The notes: generated by a model from the sequence alone, not told the origin. A stretch of DNA of 64,000 nucleotides from Eledone cirrhosa (GCA_964016885.1 OZ024740.1:393762001-393826000); one strand, 5' to 3'; positions 28,382 to 43,412 are shown, counted from the first letter of the stretch. Numbers and translations are program-made.

Positions 28382-30723
28382 TTAGACTGCTCCATCTTTT
28401 AAATGTTGTATTTATTCTTATGATAGTTATTAAACATCAGTATTCTTCGGATGAAATTTCGTTTATTTCCATATTGCTTATTCATATTTTTTATTCTTAT
28501 CTTTGATTATGGTGCTAGGATTGTTGTTACAAGGTAACTCAGTTTCAATGAGACTGATATATTGTTAATCTTGACCTGATTCGTCTCTTTATTCGGGGAA
28601 TAAAAATTGATTTCTTCATTATGATATTTCGTCTTTACTTCTGTAGAGTGTTTTATTGTTTTCTACATTGCATTTTCATAGTGATTATTAATATAGATTT
28701 TATAATTAACCTCGTCTGGATGCAATGAATTTCGAATATATTTTTGTATAACACGTTTTTTATGATCGGCACCTAAACAACTATTCACGGTATTTTAGAG
28801 TAATTTTTAAAGGACAGTTTTGTCTCTAAAAAATGTAATTGTTAATGTTCAGTTCTATTAATAGAAAAACAAAGGAAAAACTAGCAACAAAACAACAAAA
28901 GAGTGCTGGATATTACCGAGATAGTACAATGCTGATAAGATGGATATTTTTCTACAATTGATTCAGTATTTCGCTGTTCTGAATTTAAATATAATTTGGT
29001 TTGACGAAATAAATACTAGAAACATAATAATCTCGGTGATTTAATGGACTATATCCCGCACTTAAAAAGCGGCCCTTGCCAAATCAAAAGAAATCAATAC
29101 TTATTTTCATAATAAATGCGATTATAATCCTTCGCGAAAATTTCTAATTATTTCAAGGAAGAAATACAAATACCGGAGATTGTCAAGCCGTTTCCTCTTC
29201 GCTTCGGTCGCCGTCGAGATATCAGGTGTACTTGGACCCTACTGTCGAACTCATTCGCAAGATCGAAACGTCAGCAGCCCGTCTAAGGAAGGGCCCCGTG
29301 AAGTGGGTGGCAGTTGCAGCGGGTGTCGCTGGTCATTGTGTCCGTGGATATGTTTTTGAGGTCGTGTCTGCGGAGCGCAGTCCCAACATCACAGCGCCCT
29401 AGGCCTAGAGTCCATCACCCTACCATTCTTCTGTGACCCCAGACCCCTTGCACTTTCCTTTATTTTCAGGTTTTAAATATCTGTAGTGTTGTTGTTATTT
29501 GAAATAGATTTCTTTATGATTTTATTTTTGATTTTTACTTGGTTGGTCTGGAAGAAGGGACAGTGTTCCGGGCCTTCACAGGCTCTCCGCGACCGAATAG
29601 ATCAACTTATCAGATGTTACTGTATCACATTCTAAGCAGCCAAAGGAGAAACGTCAACATAAGGATTAAACGCTCTTATTTGTTGCAACACACTGGAAAT
29701 TGAGAAATTATAAAATCATTGGAAAAAAAAAAAATGCAAGACACTTCAAAAATCACAGGTAAAAGCAGTTGAAGAAGTTTCTTTTTAATATGAATAGTGA
29801 TGACGAAATTTCAACAGGTGACGTTCTAGAAGCAACTGACATGATAACAACCGAGTAGTGGAGAGTGGAGAACGAAACAATCGGAAAAAGTAGGAATAAA
29901 CCAAAATATTTCACGTCAACAGAAACTGTCCTGGGTGAGGATTAAGTAGGTTTGGAAGAAATCGTAAGCAATGAAAGAAATCAATAGACGTAGAACTTGG
30001 TTTGGGTTATGAAAGATTTTCTACAGAATATAAATTTTGAGGCATTGGAATTGGTTAACTACTGCGGACGATTACGTGACAGAGAAAGCAAGAAGAAGAA
30101 GAAGAAGGAGGAGAAGGAGGAGGAGGGGAAGGAGAAGGGGGTGGATGGGTGGAGGAGAAAGAGAAAGAGAAGGAGAAGAAGAGGGAGGAGGAGAAGAAGG
30201 TATTAAAAATATTAATAGACAGGAAACAAAATTAGAATATAGTAATAGTTACGCATACAGAAAGACATAACTGAGAAATAGATAAAAGCACAGATACACA
30301 GAGCAGTATATGATAAACATAGATAGAGATGGGGAACGAGAGATAGAGAGAATGAGGGCGATATGGTGGGGATGAGAGGGAGAATGTATCTTAGGTGGAT
30401 ATCATGTCCATTATATATAGAAAAAGATTTGCTATTGCGATTATTCTGTATATTTTAGTTAGTTTATTAACATAGCTTCTGCAACCGAGGCTTTTAAAAA
30501 TTACATCATTATTGTCGGTTTTGAAAGTGGATAAAGCTCATGTATGTGTATGTACGGACGAATGTACGTATATATATATATATATATATATATACGTTCA
30601 TTCATAAATGCACGCGCTCACACGCAGGCACACATATATGCATCTGACACTATATTGCGTATGTATGTAAATGTGAGTTGATGAGTTTTATATATAATAA
30701 TATTGATATGTTTAGAGATTTGA

Positions 30724-30794
<71 letters not shown>

Positions 30795-30946
30795 TACATA
30801 TATACACACATACATATACATAGTATTGTATATATATATATAAGTATATGTATAAGCGTTTGACTGTGTGTAGCAATCTAATTTTCTAACTTAGCGATCA
30901 ATCTGCAGAGCAGCGAGCCAAGTTAATTATCTAATATACATACATG

Positions 30947-31205
<259 letters not shown>

Positions 31206-31666
31206 AATATAGGCATATATATGCACGCATATATATGCCTATATATATAACTGTGTATACATACAGCTGGATCAAAAATGAAAAGTAGCAAAGTGAAGTT
31301 AATAGAGAGCCATTTACAAATTGTTGATATTTAAAAAAATGTAACAAAAAAAGAAGGAAGCTGTATGACTCGAGAGAATGTGATCGATAAAGAAAACGGA
31401 CATTTTGACAATCTATGTAGATGTTTATCTAATATCGTCATTAGCGCCATCTATAGTTTTAATATTTTTATGGAAGCGATTATGATCTTGCGTTGGTATT
31501 GTTAGCACTGACGCCATTACTATTATTAAATTTGTTATCAGTCAAAGAATGTGGTCCTGTTGTTCGTGGAAACTCGCACAATGATCAGGAATGGAAAAAA
31601 ATGCGCTACTTCTTTCTCTCTCTTATTCTGTCTCCCTCTATTTCTTCCCCCCTCTCTCTCTCTCTG

Positions 31667-31714
<48 letters not shown>

Positions 31715-31844
31715 TATGTGTGTGAGTCTGTATGTGAGTGTGTGGGAGTATATATACACACATGCCCCATAATCACATACGTACAGACATATAGATACAT
31801 ATCTATGTGTCTATATTCTTTTCTATTTACTCTGGTTTCAACAG

Positions 31845-31907
<63 letters not shown>

Positions 31908-31949
31908 GCCCACGCATATGTTGCATCACTCAAATGATACAATGAGAAG

Positions 31950-33880
31950 ACGGAATAAGTTGGTAAAGACCCTCACAGCTTTGTATACGTTGATTTAGGG
32001 AAAAATGTTCTCGTGTATAGTTCCCTACTTTGCTGACGGTTTGATGCAATTTCTTGTCATACCCGTTTGTTTAATATTATGTTAATGGTAACGTTTAAAT
32101 GTTATATTTTATATGAAATCATTTGTGAAACATGAACAATTTTCTAAATTTTGAAAATAACCCCTCCTTTAAAATGTGTTTCGGGACCTTTAAATAAATA
32201 GCTGCATACTCAACAGTTTTGCCAACAGCATTTACTAACATTATGGTATGTAGCTTGGCATTCGTCACTCTCTTGGTTTGGGATTTTGCTTGTCTTTTTT
32301 TCCAACATGTTTCTCATTTTTTAGTTCTTTAGTAGCATCGGTATTTTAGTTGGATGTTGGAAATTATTTCGGCGTTCTATGAGTTGAAACCTGTATGTCT
32401 TTTTCTTTTTTTTTTGTTTCTCAAAGTTTCCGTGTGATAATTTCACTTGAATCTTGTATACCATTATTTATTAGATTTAGAGGATATATCCCCATGAGTA
32501 ATGTTTCTATTTCTTTTAGTTTATGATCACTTGTCGGGTTTGCGACTGTTGCACAGATTCCCTTAGCTAAATGTTTTGGATGACATGTTATAAAAAGACA
32601 GTATTGTCGGGAGCTAGTCGGTTTAAAATATATATCAGTTTCTAGCATTGTGTTTGTTTTCATTATTATTATATCTCAGAAGGAATTTATTGTTATCGAA
32701 CTCCATAGTGAATTGGATGGGAGGTTTAATATTGTTGACGGGATTTTGAAATAAAGCAGTCGACAAGAAATCTTTTCCAGTTTTCGTTCACGCAACAACT
32801 GCATTCATCTCCATAATTTAGTTAGGATTGTACGTACATTTTTTTATTCATGGTATCACACTGATAGGTTGACATTTGTGGACACAAGCTTTGTTCCCAT
32901 GGCTATTCCTGATTGTTATCGGTAGGCCGTTTCATTGAACATGACGTAATTGTTTTTTCTACGGTCAGGTAGTTCGCAAGGAACTGAATCCAGCCAGAAT
33001 TTGATAGCCTTGATTCCATAATCATGTTATATATTACTATATAGGTTCACAACATAGCAAGAAACAATGATTCCGTGTACCTTATTTGGTAGATAGTTAA
33101 TCATCGTGTACTAATTTCAGTATGTGTATGAGGAAAGGATTCAGTAAATGTCTAGAAAGTAAGTTAGACGCCATGTTTCACATGTTGGATCAGTTAGAAT
33201 GGATTTTAGTTTGTGAGTGTATATTCTCACAATTGGTCTTTGCCTTTTCGCATATCTCTTGAATTAGTTTATTCTTGTGTATTCTTAGTAGTCCATAAAT
33301 GTTTTTTGTATTGTACCTAAAATTATAGGATCATCTAGTTTCTTATCAGTTAAACAATTTCGTTATAAAACAGTGATTTATGTTATAACCTTAAGAACGT
33401 TGCAATCCTTGACTTCTTCATAGTATGTATTGCCCTATAGAATACTTTATGCAATGTTTGTATAGTATTTTGTGACTATTATGACAACTGAGTCTCCTTT
33501 GTCGACATTTGTTTTTAATAACAATGTTTCTCTTCAGTTTTAAGTCAAGGAGATGATTCCATTGTGGTCAGGTGAAGGTGGATTTTGTTGACCTCATTTC
33601 CAGTTAGTCAATTGGAAAATTTTAGATATATCCACAAAACTTCATTAAGGGCAATATTCTTAACAATTTTGGAGTGGTATTCGTTTTTGTTCTTAATTAA
33701 TGATTTGTCGTTGTATTCTTATTTTGTTCTGCCAGTTTACGTCTTCAACAGAATTCCGAAATATCCTTTTACTTTCTAGTATGCTTGGGTTTTGAGGAGT
33801 TGGTGTAAAGTTTACTCCTTTACTTAATATATATATTTGTATGAGTATTAATAGATTTTGTGATATATTCTAGGTTTCTC
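31950..33880 (-). pseudogene. Decayed Penelope-like element (Neptune-like) RT, possibly with a GIY-YIG remnant
   Basis: Minus-strand motifs in the expected order: LSKGVNFTPTP (about 33810), VDKGDSVVI (about 33500), VVNLYSNI (about 33045), GIAMGTK (about 32900), LETDIYFKPT..CHPKH (about 32600); many stops and frameshifts. Confidence 0.8.
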
Positions 33881-36800
33881 GTGACTCGAATCAATCCCGT
33901 GTCCATGTACTTTTTTTTATTTTTTATTCTACAATAAACGATTATTAGAATAGGGTTCCTCTATATTATTCCTATAATTTATTTCATATGTGGTTGGTTT
34001 TTCATGCTATCATTGTACCGTGTGAAACAAAATCATAGTTGAAACTATATATTTCAGCAGCAGAATTATGATGGCATTTCTGATTTCTGTATCGCCATTT
34101 GTTTTTCTCGATCTTGTTAATGTTTTTAAGTCCAATCTCAATCATAATGGAACAGACCCATAGTCAAATACTTTCTTACCATGGCCACGCAGTCTTTTAT
34201 GTAGGACTACGTTATCTAATATGCCGTTTCTTTAATGTAGGCGGCGGGAGATTTGGGTTGTTATTTCTAGCAAATAAATTGACCGTGAAGAGACTTTCCT
34301 AAAACGATGGCTCGAACACATACACAAGCAGCCAATGCAAGTGTAAACAAAATAGAAAGAGCTTAGAAAACAATATCAGAATCCTACTTAAAATAAAAAA
34401 CAAATGAAGAAAAAAGTCCAATGAAATCAAGAGCAGAAGGAAAATAACACAAATCATCACAATGTAAATAAAATATCCGTCTTTAAACAAGCATCACACC
34501 GGAAACGAAAGGCAGTTACAGTTTACATAGCAGCAACACATTAACTGTTACACTTAGAAAAGAAAACCGATCAGCATACAATTCAACACACAACTAAACA
34601 TACATGCTAGAAAAAGTAATTCAACATTCAATATAGGAGTTGTGCAACGGTCTAATAGAAAGGTATCTGCTGATGTATTGTGAATTTATATCTCGGCAGC
34701 AGCACAATAACACACTATATACCTTGTACATGACGTAGAACTCAACACATCATATTTAGACATGTAGCAGATTGTGAAAGAAAGTTGGATTATTGATTTG
34801 GTTTTGGAATGGTAAAAAAAAGACAGCAATGTTAGATGGTGTTTAGCAACGAAACCCAGTATTTTTCAAGGAGAATGTTAATAATCAGCATTATATAAAA
34901 GCTTCGCAAAAGTTGAACAAACTATGAATCGTTTATATACTCATTAGACTTCTTCAATGGTGCGGCCAAAAGCACTTCCAGCGTCTTATAGTTTTTAAAA
35001 TGCAGATTACTTGTTTTAAATCCTGAATTTCAATAACTTAGTATACAGATAAAACACAAAGGTTTTTATTTCTCATCTCAAACTAGATGTTGATACAAAT
35101 GCTGATAAAACACAAAATAATTCGTTGTTAGTGTCAGTTCAACTGAGATTGAGTAGATTTATTTGATGATGGCTCATGGAAATATCTAATACTACGTGGC
35201 CTTCCATATTTTTGTGATAACGAGATGTGATAGAGCGGAGATTTGGCTGCTATTCCTAACAAGTTGAGTGAGCACATAGAAGATCCCAACCTACGAAGTT
35301 CTTTCCAATTCTGTGGATCAACATTTTTAATGTAGGGAAGACTTTCGCTGTCCAGGCTTAATCTGGAAATCTGACCATTATTGAAACTAGTTGGAGTCAA
35401 TTGCTGGTATAGTTCTTGTTTAATCTTTTTTAAAATTTGCTTAGAGTCAGTGAGAGTAAACTATGTTTTTTAGTGACTTATTCAGTGGAGGAAAAGTGGC
35501 TTCAGTGACTGGAGGGTGGTATACATGAAGTTATTTTTAGAACGGAGACCTGGTCCATGTACTTGTAATGCTTGTGGCATAGCGGATGCCACTAAAAGCA
35601 TAAAAAGCAAGGTAGGTGTGTTAAATCGGGTGGCGGATTACGTTTACTAAAGAAAAGAGACGGTCAATTTGATGGGTATTCACAGTTTCTATACAGCAAT
35701 TTTCACTCACAAGGCATTGGTCAACTGAAGTTTATGACAGAAGAGAAGGTGCCGCACAATTGTGTAGAAGTTCAAACCACATTCGTGAAGTGGATCTCTT
35801 AACCTCACATCTATACTTGTTTTCGACAAGGTACATTAAGAGCGGATCAAACTTAAGCACATCCTTTTAATTCCTCACATTATACTTTTCTTTATAAATT
35901 GTTGTCGTGAGAAATTTTAGTTGTTCGTAGAATGAATCATCTTCGGGTACCAAAAATTCAGATCCTTGAAAGAATTGAATTGAATAACTTCCAAATCAGA
36001 AGGCATCTCGGGGATATTTCCGCATGTACGTATCATAAATTTGCAAATCAATGAGTATTTATTCACGCAAAATATATAACTTCTTAGTTATTTTAAAGTC
36101 TAGTGTTCAATATATTTGGATTCTGACATTGCTCATCTTAACTTTCTTGTCGAGAATTATCAATGATACTAAGAATTTTCCTTTTCGTTACGAGTGTAAT
36201 TTTAATTGATTTCTACAATTAATTTTGTTCATTGCATTAAATACATGCTTTCGTATCCTCCATTTATAATTGTTATTCACATTTGTTTGCGTGTTTTACA
36301 GAAAAACACATTGGATTTAACGCATATCTCTAGATCTTCTTCAGTTTTTCAGTAGAAGATAAAGAAATTCCAGTTTGACAAAAATTAGTTTTGATTTAAT
36401 ACAGGGGTAAATTATTGATTTATGTAGATAACTTCTAATTATTTAAAAATAAACAAAAAGAATAGTTGGGTGTATAAAAGATTGTTTCGGGGGGGGGGGG
36501 GGGGGTCATATCTTAAATGTACAAACTTAAAACAAGAAGAACATTTAGAAACAAAAACACAAGAAAGATTTTCAAGTTAAATGGTTCTGTTAACAAAGAA
36601 ATGACGTAAACCGTAAAATTAATTGAGATATTAAAAGAAAAGTAAATATAAACATAAATAACAAGATAAATATATATACATATAAACAACTTATTAAAAT
36701 AATATGCAGAATTCAATTAAAACTAAGATTGAATTATCAAGAAGGAAACAAATGAACATTCACCTCCCAAGATGTAAAGATCAGACGACTGAACAATATA

Positions 36801-36896
36801 ATTGTGAGATCAAAATAGGTGATTGTTAGAATATAATTATGCCAGGATTAATTTTGGCGATCATTAATTATTCCTCCTATTAATTACCTCGCCTAA

Positions 36897-36954
<58 letters not shown>

Positions 36955-36959
36955 CATAC

Positions 36960-36997
<38 letters not shown>

Positions 36998-37034
36998 ACA
37001 GGGAGAAAGAGACGATTATTAGGAAGAAATATAT

Positions 37035-37588
37035 ATATATAACTGAACAAAAAGGAAAAAACGAACACAGACATATATATATATATGTTCAAATCGTAAT
37101 GGACCAAAATCGCTAAGGTGAAAAAATACTAACTACAGACAATAGGGTTTGCTAGACTCAATTTAAGAATAAATTAAGAAAAATAAATACAAACCAGTAT
37201 TGTGGTAACTACCATCACCCAGACGGTCTTTGATAGAACCGTTTCGCAATATTATTTGTGAAGAGAAATACCAAATTCCAGGCTCATCAGTGGGTGTTGA
37301 AATTAGTAGAAGTGAGGAGTATACTAATTTCAACATGAGCCTGGAATTTGGTATTTCTCTTCACAAATAATATTGCGAAACGGTTCTATCAAAGACCGTC
37401 TGGGTGATGGTAGTTACCACAATACTGGTTTGTATTTATTTTTCTTAATTTATTCTTAAATTGAGTCCAGCAAACCCTATTGTCTGTAGTTAGTATTTTT
37501 TTCACCTTAGCGATTTTGGTCCATTACGATTTGAACATATATATATATATGTCTGTGTTCGTTTTTTCATTTTTGTTCAGTTATATAC
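37035..37588. repeat. Large near-perfect fold-back (about 250 bp arms) of an HHR-bearing pLTR
   Basis: 37035-37287 vs 37335-37588; the spacer holds a second IR, tgttgaaattagta/tactaatttcaaca. Confidence 0.93.
37216..37296 (-). ncRNA. Type-I hammerhead ribozyme
   Basis: Minus strand caccca-CTGATGA-gc..gc-GAAA-cggt[tctatcaaag]accg-TC-tgggtg. Confidence 0.85.
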
Positions 37589-37708
37589 GGCTCGGAAAAG
37601 CCTTTTTCCTAGAGCTAATTTACTGTAATGAGACTATTTTGAGTTTCTAACTCAATACAAGCTTTTGATATATATGAAAATTGCAAACTTGACTGTCACC
37701 ACACAACA

Positions 37709-37747
37709 TGAACCTGAAGATTGCGAAAGCATGAAAGTACTTGTTCA
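37709..37747 (+). ncRNA. Minimal type-I hammerhead ribozyme
   Basis: tgaac-CTGAAGA-t-tgc[gaaa]gca-t-GAAA-gtac-TT-gttca; GNRA-capped stem II; palindromic stem III AGTACT. Confidence 0.8.
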
Positions 37748-37948
37748 ATTAACACTTAACATTTAATATTCTACCATACTATTTCATTCTAATACCATTA
37801 TAAATTTTAAAGGATTGTAAATAAAACGAGTAAATCAAAGTTGGAATTCCTTTTATTAATATAATCTTCTATACACAATCATACACACCCGTGTATATAT
37901 ATTTATCTCTCTCTCTCTATATATATATATACAGTATATGTGTGTGTG

Positions 37949-38004
<56 letters not shown>

Positions 38005-38026
38005 CAACATGACCCTCCCAAAGTAT

Positions 38027-38229
<203 letters not shown>

Positions 38230-38324
38230 CATATTTATATACGTTATTCCGGGTTGAATCGGAGGTAACCACAGTAAGTAAGGTACTCAATACATAGCAG
38301 AGTATAAAAGTTTTAATATAGATG

Positions 38325-38375
38325 AGATTCTACAGGACTAGAACTGTTTCATTCTTTAGAAATCATCAGGAATCT
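38325..38375 (-). ncRNA. Type-I hammerhead ribozyme
   Basis: Minus strand agattc-CTGATGA-tttctaaagaat-GAAA-cag[ttctagtc]ctg-TA-gaatct. Confidence 0.8.
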
Positions 38376-38686
38376 GGGTATGACCAAACGTTTATATGGT
38401 TCGTTGATTATTCAACGAATACTATTTTACAATAGATTAAAAGCACTCGACAGTCTTATCTGGAGTATTTAATATTATTCAAAACATTAATATATGAAAA
38501 ATATTCTCATAACCAAAATATATATTTTATTATACATATTTCAAAGGTACAATGGTGTTTTAGTATGTTTTCATTAGATAAAATGTATGAGAGATAGCAT
38601 ATGAGACATACCGCTAAGGATTTGATTATTCAATTCCTGTAGTGGCAGTAAGTTATTTCACCAACCCTCAACATTTTTATACCATA

Positions 38687-38836
38687 AATAATTGTTTCTA
38701 CTTTTGGCACAATGCCAGTAATTACCCAGTACATTACTGGTACTTTATTTTATCGACCTCGTAAGGATGAAAGGCTAAGTTAACCTCGGCGGGATTCGAA
38801 CTCAGAATGGCAAGGGCCGTAACTCTGCCAATCCAC
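38687..38836 (-). mobile_element. tRNA-derived SINE
   Basis: Reverse complement of the family core; lies between inverted 55-bp AT-rich arms (about 38471-38528 and 38879-38933). Confidence 0.88.
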
Positions 38837-38924
38837 ATATGACAAACTTAGAGAAGAAGAGAACGTAAAGCAAGGTAGAAATATATTTTGGTTATGAGAA
38901 TATTTTCCATTTATTAATATTTTG

Positions 38925-38982
<58 letters not shown>

Positions 38983-39204
38983 ATAAATTAACGGAGCCAT
39001 AGACTCTCGCCATTCCCTGTAAATAATGTGCTCAAGGGAGAGGAAATCCTGAGCTCTTTAAAACACAATATGTTGAAAAGGTAACACAAACAGGGAAAAA
39101 CCACCAGTGTATGGAATCTATAACCTGTGGTTTTTCCCTGTTTTATTGATAGCGCACTGTATCTCTCTCTAGTGTGTTACCTTTTCAACATATTGTATTT
39201 TATA

Positions 39205-39890
39205 TATATATAATCTGAATTTTTCGAATATTAATAATAACAATCGATTCGTTTGCAAACAAGACTCATTTTTATGCAAACAAGACTCATTTTTATAGCC
39301 ATGTCAGTAGAATGAACTCTTCATTCTTGCTCTTGTGTTGGCATGTAAACAGAACTGCAGACACTAATGTTTCTGGGTATCACCCTTCATCAGTACGGCT
39401 CACTGTTCACCTGCCAACTGTCAGAGCTAGTGAAAATATATGCTATTTTCTAAAATATACAGTGACTGATCGGCCTGATTTGCATATTAGCAGACTGGCT
39501 GATCAGTCAGATCTGCATATTAACAGATCAACTGATCAGCCAGATTTGCATATCAGCAGACTGGCCAGTCAGTTTCCTGTATACGAGAAATAAATGGCCG
39601 GCTTTGCAACATTTAAATAAAAAAGAAAATTTTCGCTCTACATGGCTGAATACAATAAATGTAATCTGAGTTTTTCGAATATTAATAATAACATTCGATT
39701 CGTTTGCAATTATGCAGTTATGTTTACATGCCAACACAAAAGCAAGAATGAAGAGTTCATTCTACTGACATGGCTTTAAAAATGAAGCTTGTTTGCATAA
39801 TTGCAAATGAATCGAATGCTATTATTAATATTCGAAAAACTCAGATTACATTTATTGTATTCAGCCATGTAGAGCGAACATTTTCTTATA
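39205..39890. mobile_element. HHR-bearing pLTR with nested inverted duplications; family fragment also at about 27635-27705
   Basis: 39210-39351 inverted at 39721-39850; 39623-39716 inverted at 39794-39887. Confidence 0.85.
39352..39401 (-). ncRNA. Type-I hammerhead ribozyme
   Basis: Minus strand gagccgta-CTGATGA-a-gggt[gat]accc-a-GAAA-cattagtg-TC-tgcagttc; stem I 7/8 pairs. Confidence 0.8.
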
Positions 39891-40237
39891 TATACGTCTG
39901 TGTCAATTTATGTATATGGATGAAGGTATGGCGGCGAATGTAAAAGATATCGTTGCAACCATGTGTTATAGGTTTCCATTGCGATGAATTTGTTTGAGTG
40001 CATTGACAACTATCGTTTTACTATCTAGTACTATTTTATATTCCGCTGTGCAATGAAATTACACTATTATGCATATGGAGAGCTGGCGGAAGTGTCTCGT
40101 ACTCGTATGGCAAATGTAACCATTAAAAATCACATTTTCAGTTCATAAATCACATTGTGGTTTGATATTGATGAGATCGTTTCTAGTTTCAATGTTTTAA
40201 TAGTATATTCAGGTTGATAATATAAGATACCAGTGGA

Positions 40238-40608
40238 ATAATGATTTCTACTATAGGTACAAGGCCAGAAATTTTGGGAGAGGGGTAAGTCGATTAAATC
40301 GATCCCAGTGCATTACTGGTGTTTTATTTTACAGACCGCGTACGGATGAAAGGTAAGGCTACCCTCGGTGGGATTTGAAATCAGAACGTAAAGGGTCATA
40401 ACTCTATGCCACGAAGCGAAATAATGATTTCTAGTATAGGCACAAGGCCAGCAATTTTGCGGGAGGGGAAGTCGATTAAATCGACCCCAGTGCATTACAG
40501 GTGTTTTATTTTATAGACCCCATAAGGATGAAAGGCAAGGCTAACATCGGCGGGATTTGAAATCAGAACGTAAAGGGACGTAACTCTATGCTGCGAAGCG
40601 AAATAATG
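40238..40608 (-). mobile_element. Two tandem SINE copies
   Basis: Two units of about 182 bp carrying the family core on the minus strand. Confidence 0.88.
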
Positions 40609-40787
40609 AGGTCAATTTAATCGACATTCTTCTTTACGGAAAATGCTGGCCTTGCTCCTAGATTACAAATCATATTATTGGAGTTATTTATGGTTTGGTG
40701 AAATGAGTTTTGTGTCCCCTATTTATGTGTTATTTTATGGGTTCATCTATTTTCTACTTAGTATTTATTAGATTCGTATAGATACAA

Positions 40788-40817
40788 ATATATATATATA
40801 TATATATATATACATAC

Positions 40818-40850
<33 letters not shown>

Positions 40851-40998
40851 AAGAAAGCGAGAGAGAGGAAGAGAGAGAGAGAAAGAGAAAAAGAGAGATT
40901 GTGTGTGTATGTGTGTGTGTGAATGAGAGAGAGTGAGAAAAAAGAGAGAGAGGAAGAGGGCGAGAAAGAGAGAGAGAGTGTGTGTGTATGTCTGTGTA

Positions 40999-41057
<59 letters not shown>

Positions 41058-41071
41058 TAGAGAGAGGAAGA

Positions 41072-41102
<31 letters not shown>

Positions 41103-41158
41103 TGTGTGTGTGAATGAGAGGGAGAGAGAGTGTGTGTGTGTGTGTGTATGTGTGTGTA

Positions 41159-41200
<42 letters not shown>
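40788..41200. repeat. (TA)n/(GA)n/(GT)n compound microsatellite
   Basis: Direct reading. Confidence 0.95.
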
Positions 41201-41202
<2 letters not shown>

Positions 41203-41399
41203 TGGGTAAGAGACATGGATATATATGCATCTATAAAGTTACATGTAGTTGGTGCAGTTTCAAATGGTGCGGTATCTGATGTGCTTGTTACGTTGTATTT
41301 CTTCTATTATTCTATGGCTTACTCTACTAATTTGTTAGTATAGTAATTTGTTAATTAGTATTTGTTTTATTCTGTAATTTTATTTTATCTAGTTTTATG

Positions 41400-41690
41400 T
41401 GAAGGAGAATCTAAATGTAAGTAAGGATTTTACCACTAATATTTTGTATCTGTGTGGAGATTTGTCCGATAAAAGTATATGTGTTTATATATTTGTGTGT
41501 TTTAGTGTAAACGGACGTGATGTATCTGCTGTTTTCTATCTGACTGTTTATGTCTAGAAATGGAGACATTGTGTTGCTAGGAATTGTATTTATATTATTC
41601 TCACTGTTGAATTTTATTTTACCTTTATTTTCCTTTAATTTCGTGATGTTTTGTAGCGTCTCATTCATATACAAACCCAAACGGGCGTAC
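41400..41690 (-). pseudogene. PLE RT thumb fragment
   Basis: KIKFNSE..PFLDI..YITSVYTKT. Confidence 0.65.
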
Positions 41691-41829
41691 AAACATACTT
41701 ATAAATAAACAAACACGCATACACATATTATCATTTTATTGGCTGTGACTTCGAAGTTTCGTCGGGTATGTGGCTTATTGAAAGGGTTAAATGGTGAGAC
41801 ACAAAATATCTTAACTATCATTCTTTTGT

Positions 41830-43180
41830 ATAAAGGTAGAAAGAAATTGGTTCAAATGTGGTGTTGGAATCAAGGAGAATAACGGGCCAAAAATTAAGTA
41901 CCAGTTTTAGCAGACACCCTAACACTAATGTTAAAAAAAGTCCATACGTCTAGTTCCTAGGCGTATGGATTTGTAATGACGTCTAAATTGAATGGTTGGA
42001 ATAAGATCAAGGCATCAAATACATGAGCTATGTCTCTCATGCGCTATGGGACAGGAGTTATTAAAGGAAGGAAGATGAATTTGAAAATATTGATAGCAAA
42101 TTGATGACAGGGCATAATGAATTCTACCAAAATTCTACCAAAATTCTGTCTTAAGACTTTGTTGGAAAAAGAAAAAGGAGTTAGAGTACTAATAAGTTGT
42201 GAAAATTGTGTCAAAAGCAAAGAAAACAACCTAGCTTGGTACCTTAAAGATGTAAGGTGTGACATCATGTTAACAGTAAAAGACCTTGACACTCTGAAAT
42301 CTGCTGATGCAGTAGCACCCCATGAATGATAGAAGAGAGTGAAAAAAGAAATGGAAAGATAAACTTATGCATGGACATTATACTAGAGATAGAGTAGGCA
42401 TTGATTGGGAAAAGAGCTGGTCGTGGCTTAAAAATGGTGATCTGAAAGGATGCACTGAAGCTCTACTTAAAGGTGATTTTATCGTTTTGTCAACATGTTG
42501 ACAAAAAGATAAAATCACCATTAAGTAGAATGTGTGGAACAAAAGGAGAAACGGTCAGCCATATTGTAAGCGAATGTTTTAAGTTGGCACAACGAGAGTA
42601 CAGAAGATATGATAATGTTGCCAGATATAAATACCATTGGATGATATCTGATAAATGTGGGTTTGTCAGAGCAACTAAATGGTATGAGCAGAGACCAGAA
42701 AGGGTGTTAGAGAATGACGAATTTAAGCTTTTGTGGGACTTCACCATACAATTTGAAAAAATAATTGAGGTAAGAAGGCCAGGTGTTTTAGTTGTGAACA
42801 AGAAAGAAGAGGCCCAGATTATTCCAGAAAATAGTTGAGTGAAGGATGAAGAGAATGAAAAGACTGGTAAATATGAGCCATTGAAAGAGGGCGTTGGAAA
42901 GTTGTAGGGGACGAAGAAGGTTTCAATGATTCCAGTAATGATCGGAGCATTGGGATCCATATCAGATAGTGCAAATAGAATCGATATTGATGCAAGGTTA
43001 CATGTCATGAAGAAAACAGCACTTCTTTGTACAGCAAGGATTTCAAGGAAAGTCTTGTCTATGTAAGGCACAGGGGAGGATGAAGATAAGGACCTTTGTC
43101 CACTTGTTGTTGACATCCCTCTAATTGAAATACCCACATCGTTTAACATCTAAGTGTCTGAGATTTACAAAACTGAACCA
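41830..43180 (+). mobile_element. R4/Dong-clade LINE 3' part (CCHC and restriction-like endonuclease), decayed
   Basis: RMCGTKGETVSHIVSECFKLAQREY, WYEQRPERVLEN..KLLWDFTIQ, RRP; later IPVMIGALG; coding stop at about 43066. Confidence 0.88.
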
Positions 43181-43412
43181 TAATATATATGCGGATTCTT
43201 CAAATGTTGGTCTTTTTCAATAATTACTTCTGCAAATGAAACCATTGTAGAGAGACAATTATATAAGTGAGACTGACTGAATTTGTTCTCGGTCTGTCTG
43301 GCTTATACTCCCATAAATAGAGTTTTTCACTTAAATTGCTTCTCTGATTGCTATTTTATCTATATATTTTATCCATTCATTGAGATATTCAAGTATTAGT
43401 GACTAATTAATA

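Noticed and set aside
29170-29600. GC-rich island, possible promoter or exon
   Set aside because: No ORF or motif; probably a transposon fragment that I cannot assign
34300-35450. Possible decayed DNA transposase
   Set aside because: No identifiable catalytic motifs or TIRs
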